The notes under the pieces: generated by a model
The model's database searches: none
What the model was told of the DNA's origin: nothing
The model's input: only the letters and a program-made list of their open reading frames with translations
IMG/VR virus record: IMGVR_UViG_3300024986_000174
Location: 1 to 25,187 of that record
Source of the DNA: a virus
Taxonomy: Duplodnaviria; Caudoviricetes
Reading direction: 5' to 3' (one strand)
Length of the DNA: 25,187 nt
Shown: positions 8,986 through 16,887 of the stretch, one piece after another
How positions within the stretch are numbered: the stretch's first letter is position 1
How the letters are laid out: the number at the start of each line of letters is the position of its first letter
Translations under genes and position numbers: made by a program

Positions 8986-9873
8986 CTAAGCCATCGAGCC
9001 GCCGTCATTGGCAGCGCCGGCCTGCGGCGCGGCGACGACGAAGTCGTTGCCCGGAATCTGCGGAAAACCGCGAAAATTGATCGTGTTGGCGAAGCGATCG
9101 CGGCAGGTGACGAAACGCTTGTCGCAGCCTGCCGTCACCGTGAAGGTATCGCTGACGGCCATCGGCTCGCTCATCGCCTGCCACAGCGAGACCCGGACGC
9201 CGTCCGCCACAACACGATGCTCCATGATCTCGACCGCAACATCGGTATTGGCGCCGCTGTTCCAGATCAGACGCCCCGCCGTGAACAGCCCTTCGTCGAA
9301 ATCATCGAGGCCCGACACGATCACCGCCGAGGTGGCGTCGATCCGTGTCACGCTGCCGGTGCCGCAAAATTCCGGCGCGGCGAGATCGACCCGGCAGCGC
9401 GTATCGCCCAGATCGACGCCGCAGCGCGCGGTGTAGAGCCGTCCGCTCTCCTGCGCCAGCGCATCGGCGAGACCGCGCAATTCGGCAGTAAACCCTTGCC
9501 CTTCACGCTTGACCTCGCCCAGCGTCGCACGCGCGATCAACACCTTCAACGTGACATCGCTCCAGTCCACCAGCCAGGTATCGATCCGCGCGGCGTCATA
9601 GCGCCCGGCGGCGAGGTCGGCCTCGGTCAGCGAGCTATCCGCCAGCGCGCCCGAAATCTCCGCGCCATCGACCGACAAATCAAACCGGCTGCTCGCCTCC
9701 GACGCGGTAAAGCCGGTGCCGGCACGGCAGAGGATGGCATCAATGGCGAGGTCCTCGTCATGATCGGTGAAACCCTGAACGACGCCGTCGCGCCGCGTCA
9801 GCGTCCAGCAATGCGCCAGCGTGGTGACGCCGCTGTCGAGCCGGTCCTGCAACGCGGGCGGAATCTGTCTCAT
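8986..9873 (-). CDS. GTA baseplate hub protein (DUF2163, g13-like)
   Basis: TTLAHCWTLTRRDGVVQGFTDHD, a Cys pair in TARCGVDLGDTRC, and AGCDKRFVTCRDRFANTINFRGFPQIPG. Confidence 0.92.
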   Translation of the reverse strand: MRQIPPALQDRLDSGVTTLAHCWTLTRRDGVVQGFTDHDEDLAIDAILCRAGTGFTASEASSRFDLSVDGAEISGALADSSLTEADLAAGRYDAARIDTWLVDWSDVTLKVLIARATLGEVKREGQGFTAELRGLADALAQESGRLYTARCGVDLGDTRCRVDLAAPEFCGTGSVTRIDATSAVIVSGLDDFDEGLFTAGRLIWNSGANTDVAVEIMEHRVVADGVRVSLWQAMSEPMAVSDTFTVTAGCDKRFVTCRDRFANTINFRGFPQIPGNDFVVAAPQAGAANDGGSMA

Positions 9874-10511
9874 GGCTTGATCTCCACCAGCGGGATTTTC
9901 GGAATCGCGCCGGCGCTGAACGCGGTGAGATCGACTTCGAGATAATCGGTATCGAACCGCACGGGCACATCGAACTGGAAGCCGGCGGTCACCGCCGCGC
10001 CGGGTGGCGGAATATGTCCGCCGGCAAAGGTGACGATCCCGCTCGCGGTGTCGCAGGTGAAATGATCGCTCGTCACCTCCGCACCCGCCACCGCGACGCG
10101 CACGCTGCCCGGCACCGGCTTTGCGATCTGCCGCGCATAGGGCGCATAAAGACCGCCATAGGATTTGATCAGCTGAAATGACGCCTGCTCGCCGTCGCCG
10201 GTGCCGATGGTCTGGTCGTGCGGCGTCAGCGCCCCCGCAGGTGCCGCCGAGGAATGATCGAGCCGGTCGCGCCAGCGGAAACCGTAAAGCTGGCCGCGCC
10301 GCTCCTCAAAGAACGCCACCACAGCCTGCAACGCGTCGAACGTCTTGACGCCATAGCCCGCATCGTAGCGGCGACGCGAATGCGCCCAGCGCGCGTTGCG
10401 CTGCTCGCGCCCCGAGCCGAAGGTGACGATCTCGGTGCGCCGCTCCGGCCCGCCCGCGCTCTTCATCGCGATATCGAGCGGGAAAAGAACTTCGTGAAAA
10501 CTGATGGGCAT
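9870..10511 (-). CDS. GTA distal tail protein (DUF2460, g12-like)
   Basis: FHEVLFPLDIA...GGPERRTEIV...REQRNARWAHSRRRYDAG, FFEERRG, AGFQFDVPVRFDTD. Start taken at MPISF. Confidence 0.92.
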   Translation of the reverse strand: MPISFHEVLFPLDIAMKSAGGPERRTEIVTFGSGREQRNARWAHSRRRYDAGYGVKTFDALQAVVAFFEERRGQLYGFRWRDRLDHSSAAPAGALTPHDQTIGTGDGEQASFQLIKSYGGLYAPYARQIAKPVPGSVRVAVAGAEVTSDHFTCDTASGIVTFAGGHIPPPGAAVTAGFQFDVPVRFDTDYLEVDLTAFSAGAIPKIPLVEIKP

Positions 10512-10554
10512 GGGATATCCGATTGGAATAACGCAAGATCGCAACACCATTCGC

Positions 10555-10779
10555 CGTCATTGCGAGCGAAGCGAAGCAATCCAGTTCTGAGCCTGAACCT
10601 CATCCTGAGGAGCGCGCCACATAACCAGGTTGACGCAGGCAATGCCGACTATCGCGCGCGTCTCGAAGGATGAAGGCCAGAATGCCTTGAAACAGTGTGG
10701 CCTCATGGTTCGAGATGCGAGGCATGGCCTCGCTCCTCACCATGAGGAGTTGGATTGCTTTGTTGCGCTTGCAACGACG
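10555..10779. repeat. Nested palindromic repeats: family B (10598-10747) inside family A
   Basis: Outer CGTCATTGCGAGCGAAGCGAAGCAATCCA ... TGGATTGC...GCAACGACG. Inner CCTCATCCTGAGGAGC...GCGTCTCGAAGGATGA and CCTCATGGTTCGAGA...CTCCTCACCATGAGG. Confidence 0.85.
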
Positions 10780-10780
10780 A

Positions 10781-11377
10781 TCACAAACCGCGCTGGCCGC
10801 GCGCGACGGCGCGGGCGATCTGCCCGGTGACGTAGCTCTCCGAGCGGCGGAAGCTGTCGGCATCGGGCGTTGCGATCTGGATCGTGACGTTTGTACTGCC
10901 GCTCCCGCCTGCGGTAACGCCGAGCCGACCGTCCGCTCCGCGTTGCAAGGGCATGATCGCTTCCGGCCCCGCCTCGCCGGCAAGGCCGATACCGCCCTGC
11001 AACAGCGGAAAGTAAGTCGGCGTGCCGATCACTCCGCCTGAAGCGAACGGCTTCACCGCGCCAGTCGCGGCGGTCAAACCCGTCCCCACGCCACTCCCGG
11101 CGCCCATGAATCCGGAAAGAAGACTCTCGATTCCGCCAGTCAGACTGCGCTCCAGCGGCTTGAACGCCATCCGCACCGCAAGGTCGGACAGCCGCAGGGT
11201 CAGCGATTTCAGAACATCGTCGAACTGCTTGCCGCCGGTCACCGAGACGGCGAACGCCTGGGTCATCGCGCGCGAGAACGAACTTGCGCCAAGCTCGAGG
11301 TCGCGCGTGCGCAGCGTCAGGCCGTCGAGCGTGCGGGAGGCATCGTCGAAACTGTCGGAGATGTCGCTCATGGTCAC
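10781..11377 (-). CDS. Short tail tape measure protein (g11-like)
   Basis: PFASGGVI...GLAGEAGPEAIMPLQRGADGRLGV and FRRSESYVTGQIARAVARGQR. Only 198 aa, typical of short-tailed RcGTA-like particles. Confidence 0.9.
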   Translation of the reverse strand: MTMSDISDSFDDASRTLDGLTLRTRDLELGASSFSRAMTQAFAVSVTGGKQFDDVLKSLTLRLSDLAVRMAFKPLERSLTGGIESLLSGFMGAGSGVGTGLTAATGAVKPFASGGVIGTPTYFPLLQGGIGLAGEAGPEAIMPLQRGADGRLGVTAGGSGSTNVTIQIATPDADSFRRSESYVTGQIARAVARGQRGL

Positions 11378-11571
11378 TCCCTGGCGTTGTCGGGAAACCG
11401 CGCCATCAAGTCCTGCAAGGCCGCGCGGCCGATCGGTTCATGTCCCTCGCCACGCACCGCGCGGATCGCATAGGCCAGCTCGCGCGGCGTCATCGCCCAG
11501 AATTCGCGCGACGGCAGCCGCAGCACGCCGAGCCCGAAGCCGATGGCGTCCTTCCAGGGAAACGGCGTCAT
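11374..11571 (-). CDS. Tail assembly chaperone (g10.1-like)
   Basis: FPWKDAIGFGLGVLRLPSREFWAMTPREL...LMARFPD; ATGA overlaps on both sides. Confidence 0.88.
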   Translation of the reverse strand: MTPFPWKDAIGFGLGVLRLPSREFWAMTPRELAYAIRAVRGEGHEPIGRAALQDLMARFPDNARE

Positions 11572-11897
11572 CGCGCCACTTCCGGCGCATCGAAGGTCGC
11601 AGCGATCAGGTCGGCGGCGATGCGGACATAGCCGGACGCGCCGCCCTCCACCTTCATCGCCATCACCTCATCGTCGCTGATATTGTTCCCCGCGCCGCGC
11701 AGCCCCGCGCCGATGATGCGCGCAAGATCGCGCGCCGAAAGGCGGCCGGAGCCGAAACGGCCCGCCAGCGCCATCAGATCGTCGGCGCCGAACGCGGCCT
11801 CAAGTTCGGCCAGCGCGCCGAGCGTGAGCACCAGCGTGCGCCGTGCGCCGCCGATCTCAGCCTCGATCTCGCCGCGATAGGGATTTGGCATCGTCAT
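11568..11897 (-). CDS. Tail assembly chaperone (GTA g10-like)
   Basis: NPYRGEIEAEIGG...LVLTLGALAELEAAFG...LAGRFGSGRLSARD. Confidence 0.9.
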   Translation of the reverse strand: MTMPNPYRGEIEAEIGGARRTLVLTLGALAELEAAFGADDLMALAGRFGSGRLSARDLARIIGAGLRGAGNNISDDEVMAMKVEGGASGYVRIAADLIAATFDAPEVAR

Positions 11898-11901
11898 GTC
11901 C

Positions 11902-12309
11902 TCACAACGCCGCGAAGGTCAGCGCCCCGGCGGACTCCAGCCCGAGGTCGAACGTCACCTCACCATTGTGCTCGCCGGAAAATTCCAGACTGGTGATCTG
12001 GAACGGTCCGGCGATGGTGCCGAAATCCGGCACCACCACCTGGCACGAGGCCAGCGCGCCATCGAAGAAGATTTGCCGCACCAGCGTGTCGGAGGCGGCA
12101 TCCTTGAACAGGCCACGGCCGGAGATCGAGGCGCGCCTGACACCCGCCCCTTCCAGCAATTCGCGCCAACGGTCGGCGGACTCCGCGTGGGTGATGTCGA
12201 CGGTCTCGGCGTTGAACGCGATCTTGCGGCTCCGCATCCCCGCGACGGTGACGAAGCCGGTCCCGTCATCGATCTTCAGCAGAAGATCCTTGCCCTTTTG
12301 CGCGCCCAT
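11902..12309 (-). CDS. Major tail tube protein, TP901-1 family (g9-like)
   Basis: MGAQKGKDLLLK...FNAETVDITHAES...WRELLEGAG...VPDFGTIAGPFQITSLE; AGGAG RBS. Confidence 0.93.
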   Translation of the reverse strand: MGAQKGKDLLLKIDDGTGFVTVAGMRSRKIAFNAETVDITHAESADRWRELLEGAGVRRASISGRGLFKDAASDTLVRQIFFDGALASCQVVVPDFGTIAGPFQITSLEFSGEHNGEVTFDLGLESAGALTFAAL

Positions 12310-12342
12310 GGGGTCTCCTTTGAAATGCAGTTTATGATCGAT

Positions 12343-12389
12343 CCTCATCCTTCGAGACGCATCGCGGTGCGATGCTCCTCAGGATGAGG
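12343..12389. repeat. Palindromic element, family B (single hairpin unit)
   Basis: CCTCATCCTTCGAGACGCATCGC-GGT-GCGATGCTCCTCAGGATGAGG. Confidence 0.8.
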
Positions 12390-12399
12390 GCCTTGTCAG

Positions 12400-12807
12400 T
12401 CACACCGGCTCGGTCACGGCACGAAAGCGCACCAGCGCGTGATAGGTTCGTCCGTCGCTTTCGCGGCGGATATCGGCGACCGAGAAGCGCAGATTGACCA
12501 GACGATGACCGTCCGGCGACAACGGCGCATCGTCGAGCGCCTGCAACAATGTGCCGGCAATCAGATGCGCCTCGCGATGTCCGCCTTTGCGTGACCAGGC
12601 ATGCAGCGTGAGCTGATGTTCCTGCGTCATGCCGCCATCGGACGACACATCGGTCAGCCGCGCCTCGCCCAGCGTGACATAGGGAAACGCCACGCCTCGC
12701 GGCGGCTCGTCATAGATCCGCGCGCCGCCGAGCACGGCGGCAAGGCCGGCGTCACGCGCCAGCACATCGTAAATCGCGGCGCGCAGCGCCACGCCGGATG
12801 TGGTCAT
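12400..12807 (-). CDS. Tail terminator protein (DUF3168, g8-like)
   Basis: RIYDEPPRGVAFPYVTLGE...EHQLTLHAWS...VRFRAVTEP; GGAG RBS before MTTSG. Confidence 0.9.
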   Translation of the reverse strand: MTTSGVALRAAIYDVLARDAGLAAVLGGARIYDEPPRGVAFPYVTLGEARLTDVSSDGGMTQEHQLTLHAWSRKGGHREAHLIAGTLLQALDDAPLSPDGHRLVNLRFSVADIRRESDGRTYHALVRFRAVTEPV

Positions 12808-12849
12808 GTGGGAAAGCTCCAAAGAATTATCGTGACGAGAAGGTCAGCC

Positions 12850-13015
12850 CTCATGGTGAGGAGGCGCAATACGCCGCCTCAGTTCTTTGCACTGCCGTCA
12901 CGCCCGCGCCTGTCGTAGGCATCCACGTCTTCACGAACGAAGCCCAGAAAGGCGCCGATGGCAGGGCGAAAGGGCGTTCACGCCCGTCTTCGACGGTCTA
13001 TGCCCGGCCATGACG
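12850..13015. repeat. Composite degenerate repeats: family B fragment plus family C element
   Basis: CCTCATGGTGAGGAG fragment, then GTCACGCCCGCGCCTGTCGTAGGCATCCACGTCTT ... GATGGCAGGGC...GCCCGGCCATGAC. Confidence 0.7.
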
Positions 13016-13034
13016 AGGATCTGGAATGTCTCGT

Positions 13035-13355
13035 TCAACCAATCCATAGCTCCGCTTCGATTTCGAGATATCTGCGATCCTCGCTGTCGCGGATGGTGAC
13101 GATGCGATAGATGCGCGCGCCTTCGGCAAAGCGGTGCTGCAAGGTGATGCTGAAACTGTTGCGCAGCACGATGCGATAACGCTGGCTTGCGCCGTCGCTG
13201 TCGGCCTCGACCCCGCGCCGCGCGGCGAGCGGCCTCACCTGCGCCCACGCCGTGGCAAAAGTGCTCCAGTCCCGCACCACGCCGCCCTGATCGTCGGGCG
13301 TCTCGACCGGCTGCTGCAACACCAGCCGCGTTCTCAATTGTCCGGGATCGATCAT
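13035..13355 (-). CDS. Head closure / stopper protein (g7-like)
   Basis: MIDPGQLRTRLVLQQPVETPDDQGG...WAQV...RIYRIVTI; SPP1 gp16-like pattern. Confidence 0.9.
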   Translation of the reverse strand: MIDPGQLRTRLVLQQPVETPDDQGGVVRDWSTFATAWAQVRPLAARRGVEADSDGASQRYRIVLRNSFSITLQHRFAEGARIYRIVTIRDSEDRRYLEIEAELWIG

Positions 13356-13918
13356 AGCGACAGCACCCGCTGCGATGAAATCATGGCGTTGACGCTCGGC
13401 GGCAGCATCGCCACGCTGGCACCGATCGCGACCAGGCCGCGGTTCTCGTACCAGTGCGCGACCAGCATGCGGATCGCCTGCAGCAGCACCTGCGGCACCT
13501 TGTCAGCCGCGCCGAATCCGATTTCCACATCGAGCTCGATACCGGCCTGTGGGCGTCCCGGCAGAGGCAGCGACCACGCCGGCGCGGCGATCACACCGGC
13601 CGCACGGTCGAGCGTGAAGCGCCCGACATCGAGCGCCGTCGCCTCCCCCGCCTCGTTGTAAACCTGCGCGGAAAGCAGCGCACCGAGCGGGCCGAGCTTC
13701 GGCCTGACCCGCCCCTCCTCCGGCCAACGATCCAGAATGACGCGCCAGGTCTGGGTGATCAGGCCGAGGCGCGTCAGCGCTTCGACATGATGGCGCGCGG
13801 AGCTGATCAAGGCGGCGATGATCGCGTCGTCGTCATCGTGCTCGACGCGCAGGAAAGCCTTGGCGTCGCTCACCGAGAGTGGTTCCGACGCCGGGCCGGT
13901 CAAAAGCATGGCGGACAT
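13352..13918 (-). CDS. Head-tail adaptor / connector (g6-like)
   Basis: EPLSVSDAKAFLRVEHDDDDAII...LITQTWR...QAIRMLVAHWYENRG. Confidence 0.92.
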   Translation of the reverse strand: MSAMLLTGPASEPLSVSDAKAFLRVEHDDDDAIIAALISSARHHVEALTRLGLITQTWRVILDRWPEEGRVRPKLGPLGALLSAQVYNEAGEATALDVGRFTLDRAAGVIAAPAWSLPLPGRPQAGIELDVEIGFGAADKVPQVLLQAIRMLVAHWYENRGLVAIGASVAMLPPSVNAMISSQRVLSL

Positions 13919-13972
13919 GAATTCGTTTCTCTTCCGGTTGACAAAATCCGTGCATCAAGGCTCACCTGCGGC

Positions 13973-14737
13973 ATGACCCCGCAAATGCTTCGCCTCATTC
14001 CTCTTGTCGCTGTTGCCGCGACGCTCGCCGCGCCCGCGCAGGCGATCACCGGCAGCCGCTCGGCCCCCGGCGATGCCATCGCCCGCTCGCTGGTCACCGT
14101 GGTCGGCGCGGGCGGCCGCGTCTGCACCGGCACGCTGATCGCGCCGACCATCGTGCTCACGGCCGCGCATTGCATCGCGCCCGGCGCGGCCCATCGCGTG
14201 GTGGATTATTCAACCAAACCGCCGACGCTGATCACGCCGCGCCGCATCGCCACCCATCCGCAATACAGCGCACAGGCCATGGCATCACATCGCGCCACCG
14301 CCGATATCGCGCTGCTTCAATTGCCCGCGCCGATGGCCGGCAAATCCACCTCGCCGCTCGGCGCGCCGCGGATTCCGATCGTGCCCGGCGCGCGCTTCAC
14401 CATCGCCGGCATCGGCGCCAGTTCGCCCGGCGGCAGCGATGTCGGCACGGTGCGCGCGGCAGGCCTCGTCGCCACCGGCAAGCCCGGCACGCTGCAGGTG
14501 CGCCTGGTCGATCCTCTCACCAACAACAAGAGCGCCGGCATGGGCGGCTGCACCGGAGATTCCGGCGCCCCTGTCTTCGAGGATCAGAACGGGCGCAGCA
14601 TCATTGTCGGTGTGGTGAGCTGGTCCACCGGGCCGGACAATTCCGCCGGCTGCGGCGGCCTCACCGGGGTCACGCCCTTCACATTATATAGAGAGTGGAT
14701 CGTCACCACCGCGCGCGGTTGGGGCGCGGCGTTTTAG
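13973..14737 (+). CDS. Secreted trypsin-like serine protease (family S1)
   Basis: Signal peptide ending AQA|I; catalytic triad motifs LTAAHC, DIALL and GDSGAP; VVSW. Opposite strand to the GTA genes. Confidence 0.9.
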   Translation: MTPQMLRLIPLVAVAATLAAPAQAITGSRSAPGDAIARSLVTVVGAGGRVCTGTLIAPTIVLTAAHCIAPGAAHRVVDYSTKPPTLITPRRIATHPQYSAQAMASHRATADIALLQLPAPMAGKSTSPLGAPRIPIVPGARFTIAGIGASSPGGSDVGTVRAAGLVATGKPGTLQVRLVDPLTNNKSAGMGGCTGDSGAPVFEDQNGRSIIVGVVSWSTGPDNSAGCGGLTGVTPFTLYREWIVTTARGWGAAF

Positions 14738-14744
14738 GTCTCGC

Positions 14745-15872
14745 TCAGTTCGACGCCGGCGCCAGCGGACGCGAACGCCCGGCAAGATGCGTGGCCTTCT
14801 CGAACAGCCGCGTCAACATCGTACGCATGAAGCGTTGGCCGGGCCGGTCGACATATTTCCAGATCAGCCAGGACAACACGCCGATCCCGCAGACGATCAG
14901 CGCGAACAACGGCACCGCCGGCACGAAGGCGCGAAGGTGCAGGAATGCGACGTAGCCGATCATCTGATTGAGCAGATAGGCCGGATAGGTCAATCCGCCG
15001 AGCGCCATGACAAGACCGGACGGCAGCGGCAGGCGCCCGATCCGCACCGCAACGATCGCAAGAGCGAGGATGCAGATCGACAGCACCCCCACGGTGACGC
15101 CGTCGAACGATTGGCCGGTCATCACGCGCCAGCCCTCGACATTCTTCACCGCCTGCGCGACCGCGATCATCGCCGCCGCGCCGAACAGAAGCTGAATCCC
15201 CGCGCCGCGCCGGCCGCGGCAGATCTCGAACAGCAGCACGCCGCAGGAGAAGAATCCGCTCTGGTCGGTGAGCAATATCTTGCGCAGCACGTAGGATCCG
15301 ATCCACGCCTCATTGAGCAGCGAGACCAGCAGCCAGCCCACCACCACCTTGACGATATGTTTCGGAAACAGCCCGGTCGCGATCAGCACGCCGATCCAGG
15401 CGTAGAAGATCATCTCGATGATCAGCGTCCAGTAGACCGAGTCGACATAAGGCTGATGCCACGCCGGCGCCGCCACCGTCAGGTTGGCGAGCCATTGCCG
15501 GGGCGTCACCTCGAAATAGGCCGAGCCGAATACCAGCGTCACCAGGAACGACAGCGTCATGCAGAACAGGAACGCCGGATAGAGCCGCGAGATGCGCGCG
15601 ATGGCGAATTGCGACACCGAGCGCCCCATCGCCGAATAGGCGATCACGAACCCGCTGATGACGAAAAAGAGCTGCACGCCGAGATAGCCGTAGCGGGCAA
15701 AGCCATCGAACTGCGGCACCGCGACGTAGGTCTGCGCCGGACCGGTCGGTCCGTGGAAACCGAAATGAAACAGCACGACCACCGCCACCGCGAACAGGCG
15801 CAGCAGATCGAGGGTCTCAACCCGCCCCGCCTCGAACGTGTGCGACGGTAACTCCGATGAACCGGCCCGCAT
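14745..15872 (-). CDS. Acyltransferase family 3 (OafA/YrhL-like) integral membrane O-acyltransferase
   Basis: LDLLRLFA...H, GVQLFFVISGFVI, RISRLYPAF, WTLIIEMIFY, LGGLTYPAYL, SWLIWKYVDRP; many TM helices; GAGG RBS. Confidence 0.92.
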   Translation of the reverse strand: MRAGSSELPSHTFEAGRVETLDLLRLFAVAVVVLFHFGFHGPTGPAQTYVAVPQFDGFARYGYLGVQLFFVISGFVIAYSAMGRSVSQFAIARISRLYPAFLFCMTLSFLVTLVFGSAYFEVTPRQWLANLTVAAPAWHQPYVDSVYWTLIIEMIFYAWIGVLIATGLFPKHIVKVVVGWLLVSLLNEAWIGSYVLRKILLTDQSGFFSCGVLLFEICRGRRGAGIQLLFGAAAMIAVAQAVKNVEGWRVMTGQSFDGVTVGVLSICILALAIVAVRIGRLPLPSGLVMALGGLTYPAYLLNQMIGYVAFLHLRAFVPAVPLFALIVCGIGVLSWLIWKYVDRPGQRFMRTMLTRLFEKATHLAGRSRPLAPASN

Positions 15873-15933
15873 GAAAACCTCGCGCCCTGCCGGACGCATA
15901 ACGCCCGCGGCTTTGTTGCAACGGGATCTCCGG

Positions 15934-15949
15934 AGCACGTAGCGTGCCA
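15934..15949 (-). promoter_or_regulatory. Sigma54 (RpoN) -24/-12 promoter candidate for the acyltransferase
   Basis: Minus strand TGGCACG-CTAC-GTGCT versus consensus TGGCACG-N4-TTGCW (one mismatch), about 60 bp upstream of the ATG and followed upstream by an AT-rich tract. Confidence 0.55.
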
Positions 15950-16114
15950 GTAATTTTGCACCAAAACCTTACAGTTAATGCGTACCGAGGCCGGTCGCCC
16001 CGGAGCGGGGTTGCGCGCCGCACGCACCCCTGCTCCATTTTGGGACAGATATTTGGAATAAGTTTCGATCTCTGCCCAGCGGCAAATCTGGTCCGGCTTA
16101 CCAGTATCTCCCGA

Positions 16115-16486
16115 TCAGGTCGGCTTGAAAATCCCGTTATCCAAATTGAACAACGACATGCCGGCATCATCGGCTTGCGGAATCCACCTCGACGCAGCAA
16201 TGATCGCCAGTTGAGCCCGAGCCTCGATCGGCGCGACTGCGAGCGTCAGTTTAGACGCCTGCAAACGCACCTGCATATTTGGAAAATCATAAAGCTGCAT
16301 GAGCGCACGACGCTGGTCGCCAGGACGCTTCTTCAATTCATCGTGGAATTTCTTCATGTCCTCGAAGAGCTTGTTGAACTTGGCCATACGCCCTTCCAGC
16401 AGCACCATGTCCTGTTCACGCGTGATCACAGCGAACCGCTGCACGAGATCGGCCAAGTTCATGATTGATAGATTTTGCTGCTTCAT
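16115..16486 (-). CDS. DUF2019-like putative immunity protein, copy 2
   Basis: 123 aa; 79/123 identical to the neighbouring gene by hand alignment; shared RPGDQRRALMxLYxFPNMQVRL and GIFKPT. Confidence 0.8.
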   Translation of the reverse strand: MKQQNLSIMNLADLVQRFAVITREQDMVLLEGRMAKFNKLFEDMKKFHDELKKRPGDQRRALMQLYDFPNMQVRLQASKLTLAVAPIEARAQLAIIAASRWIPQADDAGMSLFNLDNGIFKPT

Positions 16487-16515
16487 TGATTGAACATCAT
16501 CAGCGACGTTTACAT

Positions 16516-16887
16516 TCAGGTTGGCTTGAAGATTCCGCCATCTAGATTCGATATCGACATGCCAGCTTCGCCGGCCTGCGGAAACCATTTCGATTCAGCG
16601 ATGATCTCAAGTTGTCGGCGCGCTTCGATTGGAGCAACAGCGAGCGTATGCTTTGCGGCCTTCAGGCGAACCTGCATATTCGGAAATTCATAGAGTCGCA
16701 TGAGTGCACGGCGTTGATCGCCGGGACGACTCTTTAATTCCTGCGACACCTCCGCCATCTGCTGAAAAAGCCGTTTGAATTTCGCCTTCTCTCCTCCGAG
16801 AAGCGCCTGATCCTGCGCTTGGCCGATTTCGGCAAAACGCACCACAAGATCTTCGGTCGCAATATCTGACAATTCGATCTTTCTCAT
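16516..16887 (-). CDS. DUF2019-like putative immunity protein, copy 1
   Basis: 123 aa, ATGA-coupled to the upstream putative toxin. Helical HEAT-like NMQVRLKAAKHTLAVAP motif; family assignment from recollection. Confidence 0.8.
   Translation of the reverse strand: MRKIELSDIATEDLVVRFAEIGQAQDQALLGGEKAKFKRLFQQMAEVSQELKSRPGDQRRALMRLYEFPNMQVRLKAAKHTLAVAPIEARRQLEIIAESKWFPQAGEAGMSISNLDGGIFKPT

Noticed and set aside
11560-11620. Lambda G/GT-type programmed frameshift between the tail chaperones
   Set aside because: No X XXY YYZ heptamer at the end of the first gene; the second has its own ATGA-coupled start.
13454-13972. N-terminal extension of the 427-aa ORF containing the trypsin domain
   Set aside because: It is antisense to the adaptor gene; the signal peptide starts at 13973.
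15960-15980. Possible CtrA site near TTAA upstream of the acyltransferase
   Set aside because: Only one TTAA half-site; no TTAA-N7-TTAA match.
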